A stretch of DNA of 64,000 nucleotides from Dehalococcoidia bacterium (GCA_040882355.1 JBBEBM010000042.1:17309-81308), one strand, 5' to 3'. Shown: positions 48,844 to 58,699, numbered from the stretch's first letter. Notes: generated by a model not told the origin, from the sequence alone. Numbers and translations: made by a program.

Positions 48844-50092
48844 GAATCGTGGTCAACGTCATCGTCTGATTGTGGAGATCGCACCTTCCGTTGGTCAACG
48901 GTGAGATCTCACCGTAGGAGTAGAAGCCGATCTGCTGTGTGCCCTCAGGCAAGACCTCCAGCGTGGCTTCCGTCTCCTCCTCCGTGCGCTCGCCCAGAAC
49001 GAGCCTGCGGCCGACGCAGCTAATCGCTACAGCCAGTGTGGGTTGACCGTCCTTGCAGGCGTCGCGAGTGGCGAGCGCAGCGCCCGACGCGCCATCGACC
49101 AGCCGGTCGAAGTTCGCCCTCATGAGCTGGGCCTGCCATCCCTCAGGGATGTCCCCGGCGAAGGTCATGGACTGCTTGTCCTCGTCTACAGCGAGGATCG
49201 TCCGAACGACGCTGTCGTCGCCGGTCGAGTCTGAGCGCAGCGCGAGAGGAAACAGGAGGGCTGTGGCGGGTAGGCCGGAGGCGCGCTCGCCCAGATACTC
49301 CTTGTAGAGCTCAAGCGCCGGCCTGCCGTCAAGCTCATAGAGGACGTTGTGATCGGAGCGGGTGACGAGCCGTTCCGGGCCAAAGATGTCCCAACCCCCC
49401 TTCGAGCCGTGGCCGACGACCACCCGCTCGCCGTAGAGCCCTGCGGCGGAGACCAGCCCGCTTGCGGGCCGCCCACGTTCGAGCACCCACGTTCGCGCGA
49501 ACCGGTCCGCGTCGCCTGCCAGACCTCCGGTGACGACGACGGCCCGCGGCAGGACGCTGTTGATCCCGCGGACGAGCTCGCTGCCGTTGACGCTGAGACC
49601 GTCGGAGAGCACGAGGACCGCTCGCAGATCAGGACGCGCGAGCTCTTTGGCCAATGTGCGGCCGGCCTCATACGATTCGTCAGCCGATTGGACTGGGGCG
49701 GCCGTGCTGGCGACGGAGCTGTACTCGAACTGAAGGACGCCGACCGCCATGCTACCGTCGGAGATCTTAGCGTCGAAGATCTCGCCCGAGCTGGAGCAGC
49801 CGATGACGTGAGACGAGGGATACGCTTGCACAAGCGCCTCGATGGGTTCCGGGGTATCGACGAATTCGGGCGCGCTGAAGACGATCACGAGCGTCCGATC
49901 GGAATCGAGATCGGGGAACGGCTGCACTGACCAGCCCGTCCGTATCGTGTAGGAAAAGGTTTCGAGCTTCACGGCAGCACCTCCGTCAGGTCGTATCGAA
50001 GCGGAAGAGCGTCTTCCCCACCGATGCAGCAGCGAGACGGACGTCTCCTGCCCGATCATCGACGCGAATGAAGGCGCCGTCGAGTCGGTCAA
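48833..50092 (-). CDS. FIST-domain sensor protein
   Basis: FIST N/C-like organisation. Its stop overlaps the start of the GGDEF gene. Confidence 0.65.
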   Translation of the reverse strand: MTDSTAPSFASMIGQETSVSLLHRWGRRSSASIRPDGGAAVKLETFSYTIRTGWSVQPFPDLDSDRTLVIVFSAPEFVDTPEPIEALVQAYPSSHVIGCSSSGEIFDAKISDGSMAVGVLQFEYSSVASTAAPVQSADESYEAGRTLAKELARPDLRAVLVLSDGLSVNGSELVRGINSVLPRAVVVTGGLAGDADRFARTWVLERGRPASGLVSAAGLYGERVVVGHGSKGGWDIFGPERLVTRSDHNVLYELDGRPALELYKEYLGERASGLPATALLFPLALRSDSTGDDSVVRTILAVDEDKQSMTFAGDIPEGWQAQLMRANFDRLVDGASGAALATRDACKDGQPTLAVAISCVGRRLVLGERTEEETEATLEVLPEGTQQIGFYSYGEISPLTNGRCDLHNQTMTLTTIRER

Positions 50093-50163
50093 GGGGCTGA
50101 TCCTCCGGAGGACAGAGGCACCGCGGGCCCTACAGGCTGAGGAATGCCAACGGACGGGTTAGG

Positions 50164-50856
50164 TCAAGTGATGTATGGAAGGTCAACGCCGTTGGCGCCC
50201 AGGTAGGCCAGGGTCAGCCCGCGTATGTTCTTGCCGACTAACACGGCGAGCATGAAGCGCCAGAAGTTCATCCGCACGGCGCCCGCTGTGATGCCTGCCA
50301 GCTCGAAGAACGGGTTCGGGATGGCGGAGAGGACGAGCAGGGTCACGAAGCCGTAGTTGTCCATCAGCCAGTCGACCCAGCCGATGATGCGCTCGACTAT
50401 CGGGCGGACGAGGCGAGGCGCCTGCACCTGGCCCTCCCGCGCGACCTCCGAGCCGACAGCGCCCGCCCCGTAAGCGGTGATCTCGCCAAGCGCCATGCCC
50501 GTTCCGCCCAGGACGCCCACAATGAAGGGGTTGAGCGTAGCGCCCTGGCTGAGGATCAGGGCCTGGCCGGCGGCGGTGAGGCCGGGCACGGGGATGAAGA
50601 CGGTCGCAGTGCTGGCCAGGTTCGCCAGGAAGACGCCGGGATAGCCGATCGCGGCGAACGCCCCTTCGTCGAGGTCGACCCAGATGGGCAGCAGCAGGAG
50701 CCCAATTGACGGAACGAGGACGAGGGCGCCGACCGCCAGCGCGAGGAGGATCTTGCCGTTCCGGCCCTTGGGCAGGTGGTCGAGGACCCATTGATGGAAG
50801 ACAGCGGCCAGCGGCAGATTGTCAGGCCGGCCGGCGGATTCGGCCTCGCGTTCCAT
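50164..50856 (-). CDS. DedA/TVP38 (SNARE-associated) family membrane protein
   Basis: It shows the conserved DedA hydrophobic pattern with G-rich re-entrant loops. Confidence 0.65.
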   Translation of the reverse strand: MEREAESAGRPDNLPLAAVFHQWVLDHLPKGRNGKILLALAVGALVLVPSIGLLLLPIWVDLDEGAFAAIGYPGVFLANLASTATVFIPVPGLTAAGQALILSQGATLNPFIVGVLGGTGMALGEITAYGAGAVGSEVAREGQVQAPRLVRPIVERIIGWVDWLMDNYGFVTLLVLSAIPNPFFELAGITAGAVRMNFWRFMLAVLVGKNIRGLTLAYLGANGVDLPYIT

Positions 50857-51000
50857 GGGGACAGCTTAACGCACGCCCTACCGCCGCGCCCCACCCCGAG
50901 GTCGTGGGTCGCGGGGCGCGCACGACCGCCTTGCGTGAGTCTGGCGGCGCCTTCTATAGTGCGAAGGCACGCCGCTTCTAGCGATCTTTACCAAGGTGTC

Positions 51001-52029
51001 ATGTACCTACTTCAGAAGCTGAACCGCTACGTCATCCCCCGCACGGAGCTGACCTACCCGTGCCATCAGCTCAAGATGCACCAGAACGCCGCGGCCGCGC
51101 CCGTCGACCACGTCATGCCGGACTTCGAGGACGCCTGCCCGTACGAGTTCAAGGGTGAACAGAGCCGCCAGACGATGGTCGAGGCGCTGAACAGCGTCGA
51201 CTTCGGGCACAAGGTGATCGCGATCCGGCCGAACAACATCCAGTCGAAGTTCTTCCTGGGCGACATCGAGGCGATCATGCTGGGCGCCCCCGACAAGTTC
51301 CACGGCATCATCCTGCCCAAGACGAACGAGCCGGACGACATCGTCTACCTGTCGAAGCTGCTCGAGGCCTACGAGCGCGACGGCGGCTGGACCACGACCG
51401 TGCAGATCGAGGCGCTGATCGAGACGCCGCTGGGCGTGCTCAACGCCTTCAAGATCGCGAGCGCATCGGAGCGGATGGCCGGCCTCATCTTCGGCATCGC
51501 GGACTTCGCGGCGGCGCTGGGCGTGCGCGAGAACGTCGAGAACCAGAACCAGAGCTTCCACTACGCGAAGCAGGCCACGGTCGTCGCGGCGAAGGCCGCC
51601 GGCCTCCACGCCGTCGATAACGCCTACCTGCGGCTGGTGCGCAAAGACACGCCGCCCGAGGAAGAGCAGGAGATCCTGGCCGGCCTGCGCGAGAAGAACG
51701 TCGGCTCGGCGAACCTGGGCATGGACGGCACGTGGGTGATCCACCCGCAGCAGGCGGAGATCGCGAACGAATGCTTCACGCCAACCGAGGAGCAGATCGC
51801 AGAGGCGAAGCACGCCGTTGAGTTCTACCACAAGGCGGGCGGCGGCTCCGTCTACGAGCCGGAGTACGGCAAGTTCCACGACGAGGCGACGATCAAGGCC
51901 TGCCTGATGGACCTGGCGAAGGCCGTGCAGGCGGGCAAGCTGGACGCCTCGTGGTTGACGACGCAGGCGGCGAAGTCGAAGGAAGTGACGGGCTACGACA
52001 TCCTGGAAGTGATGCGCAGGGTCGCCTAA
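51001..52029 (+). CDS. HpcH/HpaI-CitE family lyase (citryl/malyl-CoA lyase-like)
   Basis: The product is CitE/Mcl-like (MYLLQKLNRYVIPRTELTYPCHQ...FEDACPYE...IETPLGVLNAFKIA). The ORF track start at 50776 lies upstream of the conserved N-terminus. Confidence 0.8.
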   Translation: MYLLQKLNRYVIPRTELTYPCHQLKMHQNAAAAPVDHVMPDFEDACPYEFKGEQSRQTMVEALNSVDFGHKVIAIRPNNIQSKFFLGDIEAIMLGAPDKFHGIILPKTNEPDDIVYLSKLLEAYERDGGWTTTVQIEALIETPLGVLNAFKIASASERMAGLIFGIADFAAALGVRENVENQNQSFHYAKQATVVAAKAAGLHAVDNAYLRLVRKDTPPEEEQEILAGLREKNVGSANLGMDGTWVIHPQQAEIANECFTPTEEQIAEAKHAVEFYHKAGGGSVYEPEYGKFHDEATIKACLMDLAKAVQAGKLDASWLTTQAAKSKEVTGYDILEVMRRVA

Positions 52030-52295
52030 ACAGAGAGGCGGACGAGGTGTCGAATACCAGGAAGAAGAGGCCAACGGAACGAAGCCACATCCCAAGCGAC
52101 ATGGCCCAGATTCGGGTGGCGCTAGCGGACACGCTGATAGAGGTCAATTCGACAAGATTGCGACGTCTCTTGGCACCAAAGGGGAAGTTGGTGGATAGAG
52201 AAGCGTTGTTCCATTCGCTTCCGCGGATGGACCCGCCCTTGTCATCTACGATATCAGAGGAACGCAGAGAGCGAATCTGAGTCAGCCTCGTCTTC

Positions 52296-52964
52296 ATGGC
52301 CAATTCGATTCTGGGCAACGATGATATCCGCTCTCACTTCGAAGAGCCCAGAGAAGGCGCCTTGCCCTCCAACACACATCCATGTCAGGCACCTGACGAT
52401 TTCTGCTGGGTTCACAGTTACGCGCTGAGATCGCGCGCGCGGAACCCTCTACTGATCGGGAAGTGGCTGATTCGCGTTACGTGTCAGCATGTGGAGTACT
52501 GCTGGGGTCAAGTGCGGGATGCCACTGAGAACGGATCTCTGGGCTTTGCTGCCAAGGTCTCTACCGACTGGGGAAATCGTAACGATCCAGCCCAGACATG
52601 GCGGCCGAACGATCATATGATCTGCGCCTTCACGCGTGACTGGTCGGACTATGAAGACGTTCGTCGAGTCGCTGGGCGTCTCGCAGAGATCGATGCTGTT
52701 CGAACACAGACTCTACAGTATAAGCTGGACATCGGAACCAGAATGGGAATCTACTCAGGCAATCATCCAGGGCTTGTTGCCCTCTACACAAGCGCTCCAC
52801 CCTATCCGGAGGTCCGTCTCCGCGAAGGACCCCTGGACGAGTTGCGAGCTTTGTTTGAACGTTCCGACGCGACACCCGACCTTACCGGGATATCAGCGAG
52901 TGCGGCGGACATCGAGGAGGCTCGCGAACGGATTACACATGCGGTTCTACGAGTTCGAAGCTAA
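52296..52964 (+). CDS. hypothetical protein in a visibly lower-GC segment
   Basis: 222 aa with no confident family assignment. Its codon usage differs from neighbouring genes. Confidence 0.4.
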   Translation: MANSILGNDDIRSHFEEPREGALPSNTHPCQAPDDFCWVHSYALRSRARNPLLIGKWLIRVTCQHVEYCWGQVRDATENGSLGFAAKVSTDWGNRNDPAQTWRPNDHMICAFTRDWSDYEDVRRVAGRLAEIDAVRTQTLQYKLDIGTRMGIYSGNHPGLVALYTSAPPYPEVRLREGPLDELRALFERSDATPDLTGISASAADIEEARERITHAVLRVRS

Positions 52965-54141
52965 GCGCCTCCTGGCCAAACAGGGCATCGCCACGCCGAA
53001 GGGTGGGCTGGCGAAGACGCCCGCCGAAGCGGAGCGCATCGCCGGCGACGTCAGCGGGCCGGTGGTGCTGAAGTCGCAGGTGCTCTCCGGCGGCCGGATG
53101 AAGGCGGGAGGCGTGAAGTTCGCCGACACGCCCGCGGAGGCGAAGGCCGCCGCGGCCGACATCCTCGCGCTCGAGATCAGCGGGCAGCTCCCCGTCGGTG
53201 TGCTCGTCGAGGCGAAGGCGCCGGTGCGCCAGGAGTTCTTCCTGGGCGTGACCTACGACGCGCTCGCCAAGCAGCCGGTGGCGATCTTCAGTGACATGGG
53301 CGGCATCGACATCGAAGAGGTCGCCGAGCAGCACCCTGACCACGTCGCCAAGGCGCACTTCTCGTCGCTGCTGCCGTTCAGCGACTACCGGATGAAGGAG
53401 CTGGTCTCGTCGCTCGGCATCGGCGGCGGACAGCTCACGGCGCTGACGGGGTTTGGCGCGCGGCTGGCCCGCGCGTTCCTCGATCGCCACCTGACCCTCG
53501 CCGAGATCAACCCGCTCGCCCAGCTTGAGGACGGCTCGTTCGTCGCTCTCGACTGCCACGCGGACATGGAGGAAGAGGCGCGCGACCGCCACGGCGAGCT
53601 GCTCGCCGAGTTCGGCATCGACGCGGACGAGACGCGCCAGGGGCGCCCGCCGACCGACTTTGAGCGGCGCGGCGCGCAGGTCGACGCGGTCGACCACCGC
53701 GGCGTCGCGGGGCGCGTCGTCGAGTTCGAGGGCGACCTGGGCTGCGTGATCGGCGCCGGCGGCGGCAGCCTCACAATCTTCGATGCGATCCGCCGCCACG
53801 GCGGCCACCCGGCGAACTACTGCGAGATCGGCGGCAATCCGAGCGTGCGCAAGGCGTGCGAGCTGACGAAGCTGATCGTGAGCCAGCCGGGCGTGAAGAA
53901 GATCGCCGTGATCATGAACGTGGTGAGCAACACCCGCGTCGACATCGTCGCGCGCGGAGTGGTGAAGGGCGTTGTCGAGTCGGGCTTCGACCCGGCGGAG
54001 AAGATCGCGATCTTCCGCATCCCGGGCGCGTGGGAGGGCGAGGGGTTCAAGATCCTCCAGAAGTACGGCGTGGAATACTGCGACCGCACGGTCTCGATGT
54101 CGGAGGCGGCGCGGCGCGCCGTCGAGAAGCTTCGGGCATGA
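52939..54141 (+). CDS. sucC: succinate--CoA (or malate--CoA) ligase beta subunit, ATP-grasp
   Basis: MRFYEFEAKRLLAKQGIATPKG...VLKSQVLSGGR... matches the SucC/MtkA family. Confidence 0.85.
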   Translation: MRFYEFEAKRLLAKQGIATPKGGLAKTPAEAERIAGDVSGPVVLKSQVLSGGRMKAGGVKFADTPAEAKAAAADILALEISGQLPVGVLVEAKAPVRQEFFLGVTYDALAKQPVAIFSDMGGIDIEEVAEQHPDHVAKAHFSSLLPFSDYRMKELVSSLGIGGGQLTALTGFGARLARAFLDRHLTLAEINPLAQLEDGSFVALDCHADMEEEARDRHGELLAEFGIDADETRQGRPPTDFERRGAQVDAVDHRGVAGRVVEFEGDLGCVIGAGGGSLTIFDAIRRHGGHPANYCEIGGNPSVRKACELTKLIVSQPGVKKIAVIMNVVSNTRVDIVARGVVKGVVESGFDPAEKIAIFRIPGAWEGEGFKILQKYGVEYCDRTVSMSEAARRAVEKLRA

Positions 54142-54323
54142 CTGTCATGCTGAACGAAGTGAAGCATCTGGCCCTCGAGTTCGACGGCCCGTCCATCGTG
54201 AGGGGCCAGACCCTTCGCTTCGCTCAGGGTGACAATGGGGCCTACGGCGTCGAATACTGCGACCGCACGGTCTCGATGTCAGAGGCGGCGCGGCGTGCCG
54301 TCGAGAAGCTGGCCAAGGACTGA
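54139..54323 (+). CDS. small ORF (61 aa) whose last 24 codons duplicate the sucC 3' end
   Basis: Its ATG overlaps the sucC TGA. Nt 54241-54323 are ~90% identical to 54060-54141 (..YGVEYCDRTVSMSEAARRAVEKL..). Confidence 0.3.
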
Positions 54324-54341
54324 TGAGGAAGGAGCCCGGCC

Positions 54342-54548
54342 ATGTGGTGGGAGGACGCGCTGTGGGGATTCTGGAACGGGCTTTCGGCGTGGATCGTGTT
54401 GGTCGCGCACGCGTTCGGCGCGTGGGAGCACTTCCCGTTCTACAACGCCGAACGCGGCGGGAACTGGTACGACTTCGGGTTCTTAATCGGGGCCGGATCT
54501 CCAGTCTTGGGGATATTCGGCGGCTCCCAAGCTCGGAAGGCCGGCTAG
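54342..54548 (+). CDS. small hydrophobic protein (68 aa)
   Basis: An AGGAAGGAG RBS precedes the ATG. The product is MWWEDALWGFWNGLSAWIVLVAHAFGAWEHFPFYNAERGGNWYDFGFLIGAGSPVLGIFGGSQARKAG. Confidence 0.4.
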   Translation: MWWEDALWGFWNGLSAWIVLVAHAFGAWEHFPFYNAERGGNWYDFGFLIGAGSPVLGIFGGSQARKAG

Positions 54549-54552
54549 TGCG

Positions 54553-55449
54553 ATGTCCATCCTTGTAGACGAGAACACGACGTTCATCATCCAGGGGATC
54601 ACGGGCCGGGAGGCGGTGAACATGACCCGCGAGAGCCTCGACTACGGCTCGAAGATCGTGGGTGGGGTGACGCCGGGGCGGGGCGGGCGCGACGTCTACG
54701 GCGTGCCCGTCTACGACACGGTGCGCGAGATCACGTCGCGGCAGCGCGTCGACGGCTCGGTGCTGACGGTGCCGCCCGCGTTCGTGCGCGACGCCGCCTT
54801 CGAGGCGATCGAGTGCGGGATCAAGCTGCTCGTCATCGTGACGGAGCGCATCCCGCGGCTGGAGGTCGCGCAGATCGTGGAGCTGGCGACCATGCGAGGC
54901 GCGCGGCTGATCGGGCCGAACTGCCTGGGAATCATCTCGCCGGGCAAGGCGAAGATGGGCGGCATCGGCGGGCCGGCCAAGGACACGGGCAAGGCATATC
55001 AGCCGGGGCCCGTCGGGGTGATGTCGCGCAGCGGCGGCATGACAACGGAGATCGCGAACGCACTGACGGCGGCCGGCCTCGGCGAGAGCACCGCCGTGAG
55101 TATCGGCGGCGACGCGATCATCGGCTCGACCTACGCGGAGCTGATGCCGCTGTTCGAGGCGGACGCTGAGACGAAGGCGATCGTGATCTACTCGGAGCCG
55201 GGCGGGCCGATGGAGGCGCAGCTCGCCGACTACGTGACGCAGAACAAGTCGCGGCTGCCGATCGTCGCGTTCATGGCGGGCAAGTTCATGGACGCGATGC
55301 CCGGCATGCGCTTCGGCCACGCGGGCACGATCGTGGAGGGCCGGCAGGACACGGCGGCGGAGAAGATCCGACGCCTGAACGAGGCAGGCATCGCCGTCGC
55401 GGAGGAGATCGAGCAGATCCCGGCGCTGGTGGAGGCGCGACTAGGATGA
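54553..55449 (+). CDS. sucD: succinate--CoA (or malate--CoA) ligase alpha subunit
   Basis: It has a CoA-binding Rossmann domain and the phosphohistidine region (..MRFGHAGTIV..). Confidence 0.88.
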   Translation: MSILVDENTTFIIQGITGREAVNMTRESLDYGSKIVGGVTPGRGGRDVYGVPVYDTVREITSRQRVDGSVLTVPPAFVRDAAFEAIECGIKLLVIVTERIPRLEVAQIVELATMRGARLIGPNCLGIISPGKAKMGGIGGPAKDTGKAYQPGPVGVMSRSGGMTTEIANALTAAGLGESTAVSIGGDAIIGSTYAELMPLFEADAETKAIVIYSEPGGPMEAQLADYVTQNKSRLPIVAFMAGKFMDAMPGMRFGHAGTIVEGRQDTAAEKIRRLNEAGIAVAEEIEQIPALVEARLG

Positions 55450-55455
55450 TTTGGC

Positions 55456-55527
55456 CACAGATATCCACAGATGGACACAGACTGCCCCGAGCGACCCTTC
55501 GTCCGATTCCATCTGTGCAAATCTGTG
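55456..55527. promoter_or_regulatory. five TCTGTG/CACAGA hexamers at 10-bp phasing: three on the minus strand (55456, 55466, 55476), two on the plus strand (55512, 55522)
   Basis: Seen in sequence. The same phased triplet occurs at 10604-10629. Confidence 0.4.
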
Positions 55528-55554
55528 GCAGTCCCGGTGCTTGGAGGCGTGCTG

Positions 55555-55776
55555 ATGCCGATGTTCGTACACGTTGAGATCGACGATGACGTGGCTGGGG
55601 ACTCCGAGCTGGCTAAGAAGCTCGTCGAGGTTTGCCCGGTGAACATCTTCGAGCTCGGAACGGACGGACGGGCGCGCATCGTGGAGGAGAACGAGGATGA
55701 GTGTGTGCTCTGCGATCTCTGCATTCAGGCGGCACCCGAGAGTGAGGTGCGCGTGATCAAGCTCTACGAGTCGTAG
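55555..55776 (+). CDS. small ferredoxin-like Cys-rich protein (partial 4Fe-4S-type motifs)
   Basis: A GGAGG RBS lies 6 nt before the ATG. The product contains VEVCPVNIF...ECVLCDLCIQAAP. The ORF track starts at 55471, inside the repeat array. Confidence 0.4.
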   Translation: MPMFVHVEIDDDVAGDSELAKKLVEVCPVNIFELGTDGRARIVEENEDECVLCDLCIQAAPESEVRVIKLYES

Positions 55777-55819
55777 GCGAGGCCGTAACCCCCTTCGAAT
55801 TGCCTACACTGGGTTCCGC

Positions 55820-56752
55820 ATGGATGCGCCAACACTCCCCATCCTCAAAGACGCTGACGTAGCCTCGCTCGTCTCGATGAGCGAGGCCATCGACGTGATC
55901 GAGACGGCGCTGGCGCGCAAGGGCCGCGGCCAGTTCGTCACGCCGCCCCGCCACTACGTGCCGAACAAGAACGGCGCGCTGGTCTTCACGATCGGCGGCG
56001 ACGCCGACGAGGGCGCGATCGGCTTTCGCGTCTACGGCGCGTTCGCCGGCGGCGTCCGCGATAGCCAGGTGGTCGCCGTCTTCGACGCGAAGACAGGCGC
56101 GCTCAAGGGCCTGGTGCTCGGCGAGGTGGTTGGGTCGATGCGCACCGGCGCGATCGGCGGCGTCGCGATGAAGCACGGCGCCAGGCCCGATGCGAGGGTG
56201 GTCGGGGTGATCGGCTCCGGCGAGCAGGCGAGGACGCAGGTCGAGGCGGCAGCGGCCGTTCGCGATCTCGCTGAGGTGCGCGTCTACAGCCGGACACCGG
56301 CGCATCGCGAGGCGTTCGCAGCGAAGATGAGCGAGCGGCTCGGCCTGCCGGTCTTCGCCGTCCCTTCGGCAGAGGAGGCAGTACGGAGCGCGGACATCGT
56401 CGTGACGGCAACGAACAGCGGGACGCCGCTCTTCGACGCGGCGCTGCTGTCGCCGGGCGCGCACGTGAACGCGCTCGGCCCGACGTTCGCGCAGCGGCAC
56501 GAGCTGGACGCGGCGGTCGCTGAGCGGGCGGCGTCGATCTTCACGGACTCGCCGGAGCAGCTCCGCGCCTACCCGGAGCCGTCGTTCCTCGAAGGCACGC
56601 CGCACATAGCGCGCGTCAGCGACCTGGCAGGCCACGTGGCCGGCGGCGCGCCGATTCGGTCATCGGGCGAGGACATCACGCTGTTCCTGTCGGTGGGCCT
56701 GTCGGGCACGGAGGTCGTGCTGGCGGACCTGGCGCTATCGAAGGTGAAATGA
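55820..56752 (+). CDS. ornithine cyclodeaminase/mu-crystallin family protein
   Basis: It has a Rossmann GVIGSGEQA motif and family-typical N-terminal features. Confidence 0.85.
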   Translation: MDAPTLPILKDADVASLVSMSEAIDVIETALARKGRGQFVTPPRHYVPNKNGALVFTIGGDADEGAIGFRVYGAFAGGVRDSQVVAVFDAKTGALKGLVLGEVVGSMRTGAIGGVAMKHGARPDARVVGVIGSGEQARTQVEAAAAVRDLAEVRVYSRTPAHREAFAAKMSERLGLPVFAVPSAEEAVRSADIVVTATNSGTPLFDAALLSPGAHVNALGPTFAQRHELDAAVAERAASIFTDSPEQLRAYPEPSFLEGTPHIARVSDLAGHVAGGAPIRSSGEDITLFLSVGLSGTEVVLADLALSKVK

Positions 56753-57243
56753 AGCCCACGGAAGGGAGTCTGCGTATGGCCATCATAGAGAAGCGTCACT
56801 ATGAACCCCTGATCGACGATCCGGACGATTACCGGCCGAACTCGCAGCTCGCGCTGCTGGCTGACCCAGAGAGCCAGGATGGAGCGTTCGTGAAGGAGAT
56901 GAGCATCCTGTTCGAGACGTGCGCGCCGGGAGATCGGATCCCGCTCCATACGCACCCAATCGAAGAGGTCATCGTAATCGAGGAGGGAGAAGCGGAGGTC
57001 TCCCTGGGCGACGAACGCCAAACAGTGGGCGGCGGCGGCGTCATCTTCATCCCGACTGGCGTGGCGCATGGCCTGCGTAACGCGGGCGAAGCCAACCTGC
57101 GCCTCCTCGCGGTCTTCTCGTCCACCACGATCAGCCTTCAGTACCTGAACCGCAATCCGGCTCCAGGAACAGAGGGTAACGCGCCCCAGCCGCCGGTGTC
57201 GATCGACGTGCACGAGTACCAGAGATCGGTCGATGCGCGCTAG
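56749..57243 (+). CDS. cupin-domain protein
   Basis: Two cupin motifs are present: IPLHTHPIEEVIVIEEGEAEV...IPTGVAHGLRN. Confidence 0.75.
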   Translation: MKPTEGSLRMAIIEKRHYEPLIDDPDDYRPNSQLALLADPESQDGAFVKEMSILFETCAPGDRIPLHTHPIEEVIVIEEGEAEVSLGDERQTVGGGGVIFIPTGVAHGLRNAGEANLRLLAVFSSTTISLQYLNRNPAPGTEGNAPQPPVSIDVHEYQRSVDAR

Positions 57244-58699
57244 CGTCCGCATCGACCCGTACCGGCTGATCGGCGTGATCGACCCGCGCATCTACGGCTA
57301 CTTCATCGAGCACCTGGGGCGCTGCATCTATACGGGCGTCTTCGACCCGGGCTCGCCGCTGGCCGACGAACGCGGCTTCCGGCGCGACGTGCTGGAGGCC
57401 GCGCGAAGGCTCCGGCCGCCGGTCTTGCGCTGGCCGGGCGGCAACTTCGTATCGGGCTATCGCTGGCTGGACGGTGTGGGGCCCGGCCCGCAGCGTCCGT
57501 CGCGACCGGAGCTGGCCTGGCGCACGACCGAGAGCAACCAGTTCGGCACGAACGAGTTCATCGACTACTGCCGCGCGCTCGACACGGAGCCGTACATCTG
57601 CGTGAACATGGGAGACGGCTCGATGCGGGAGGCGGTCGCGTGGGTGGAGTACTGCAACCGCGCGGGCGGCACCCAGTACGCCGACCTGCGCCGTCGCCAC
57701 GGCTACGAGTCGCCGCACGACGTGACGTTATGGGGGCTGGGCAACGAAGTCTACGGCGAGTGGCAGATCGGGCACAAGAGCGCATCCGATTACGCGGAGG
57801 AGGCGCGCGAGTGGGGCAAGCTGCTGAAGTGGCTCGACCCGCGCGTGCAGCTCGTCGCGGCTGGCAGCGACCGGCCGGCCTGGAACTGGGAGCTGCTGAC
57901 GCAGGCGGGACGGGCGATGAACTACATCTCCATCCACTTCTACTTCGGGCCGGACCGCCCCGCCGGCGATGCGTACCATTCGCTGCTCGCGCGCACTGAC
58001 GCAGCGGAGGCGGCGATCCGGGCGCTCTGGGGCCAGGTGCAGGCGGCGCGCATCGAGACGAAGCTGAAGAAAGACATCTGGATCGCAGTCGACGAGTGGA
58101 ACGTCTGGTACCGGACGACGGGCGACTACGGCGACCCCCCGCTGGAGGAGCGCTACGACCTGACCGACGCGCTCACGGTCGCCGGCTTCCTGAACGTGCT
58201 ACACCGCAACGCCGACAAGGTGCGGCTGGCAAACCTGGCGCAGATGGTGAACGTGATCGCCCCGATCATGACGAAGCCGGACGGCGTGCTGCTCCAGAGC
58301 ATCTACTGGCCGCTCGTCGCCGTTGCGGAGCACCGGGGCGACGTGGCCCTCGACGTGTGGAGCGAGAGCGACGGCTTCACGCCTCGCGAAGGCGCGGCGC
58401 AGTCGCCCTACCTCGACGTGTCGGCGACGCTCGACGTGGGCACGAGGACGCTCTACGTCCACGCGGTGAACCGGCATCGAGACGAGGCGGCGGAGGTGCG
58501 GCTGCGGCTGCTCGATGTGATGCCGCAGCCAGAGGGCGCCCTCCACCTCATCACAGCGCCCGACCCAAGCGCGACCAACACGTTCGACCATCCCGACGCC
58601 GTGACGCTGCACTCGCAGCCACTCACGGACCTCTCGAGCGACTGCGTCGTCGAGCTACCGCCGCACTCGGCGGGTACGATCGAGCTACGGCTGGAGTAG
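57233..58699 (+). CDS. alpha-L-arabinofuranosidase (GH51)
   Basis: The product is GH51-like: RWPGGNFVSGYRWLDGVGP...GLGNEVYGEWQIGH. Confidence 0.88.
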   Translation: MRASVRIDPYRLIGVIDPRIYGYFIEHLGRCIYTGVFDPGSPLADERGFRRDVLEAARRLRPPVLRWPGGNFVSGYRWLDGVGPGPQRPSRPELAWRTTESNQFGTNEFIDYCRALDTEPYICVNMGDGSMREAVAWVEYCNRAGGTQYADLRRRHGYESPHDVTLWGLGNEVYGEWQIGHKSASDYAEEAREWGKLLKWLDPRVQLVAAGSDRPAWNWELLTQAGRAMNYISIHFYFGPDRPAGDAYHSLLARTDAAEAAIRALWGQVQAARIETKLKKDIWIAVDEWNVWYRTTGDYGDPPLEERYDLTDALTVAGFLNVLHRNADKVRLANLAQMVNVIAPIMTKPDGVLLQSIYWPLVAVAEHRGDVALDVWSESDGFTPREGAAQSPYLDVSATLDVGTRTLYVHAVNRHRDEAAEVRLRLLDVMPQPEGALHLITAPDPSATNTFDHPDAVTLHSQPLTDLSSDCVVELPPHSAGTIELRLE

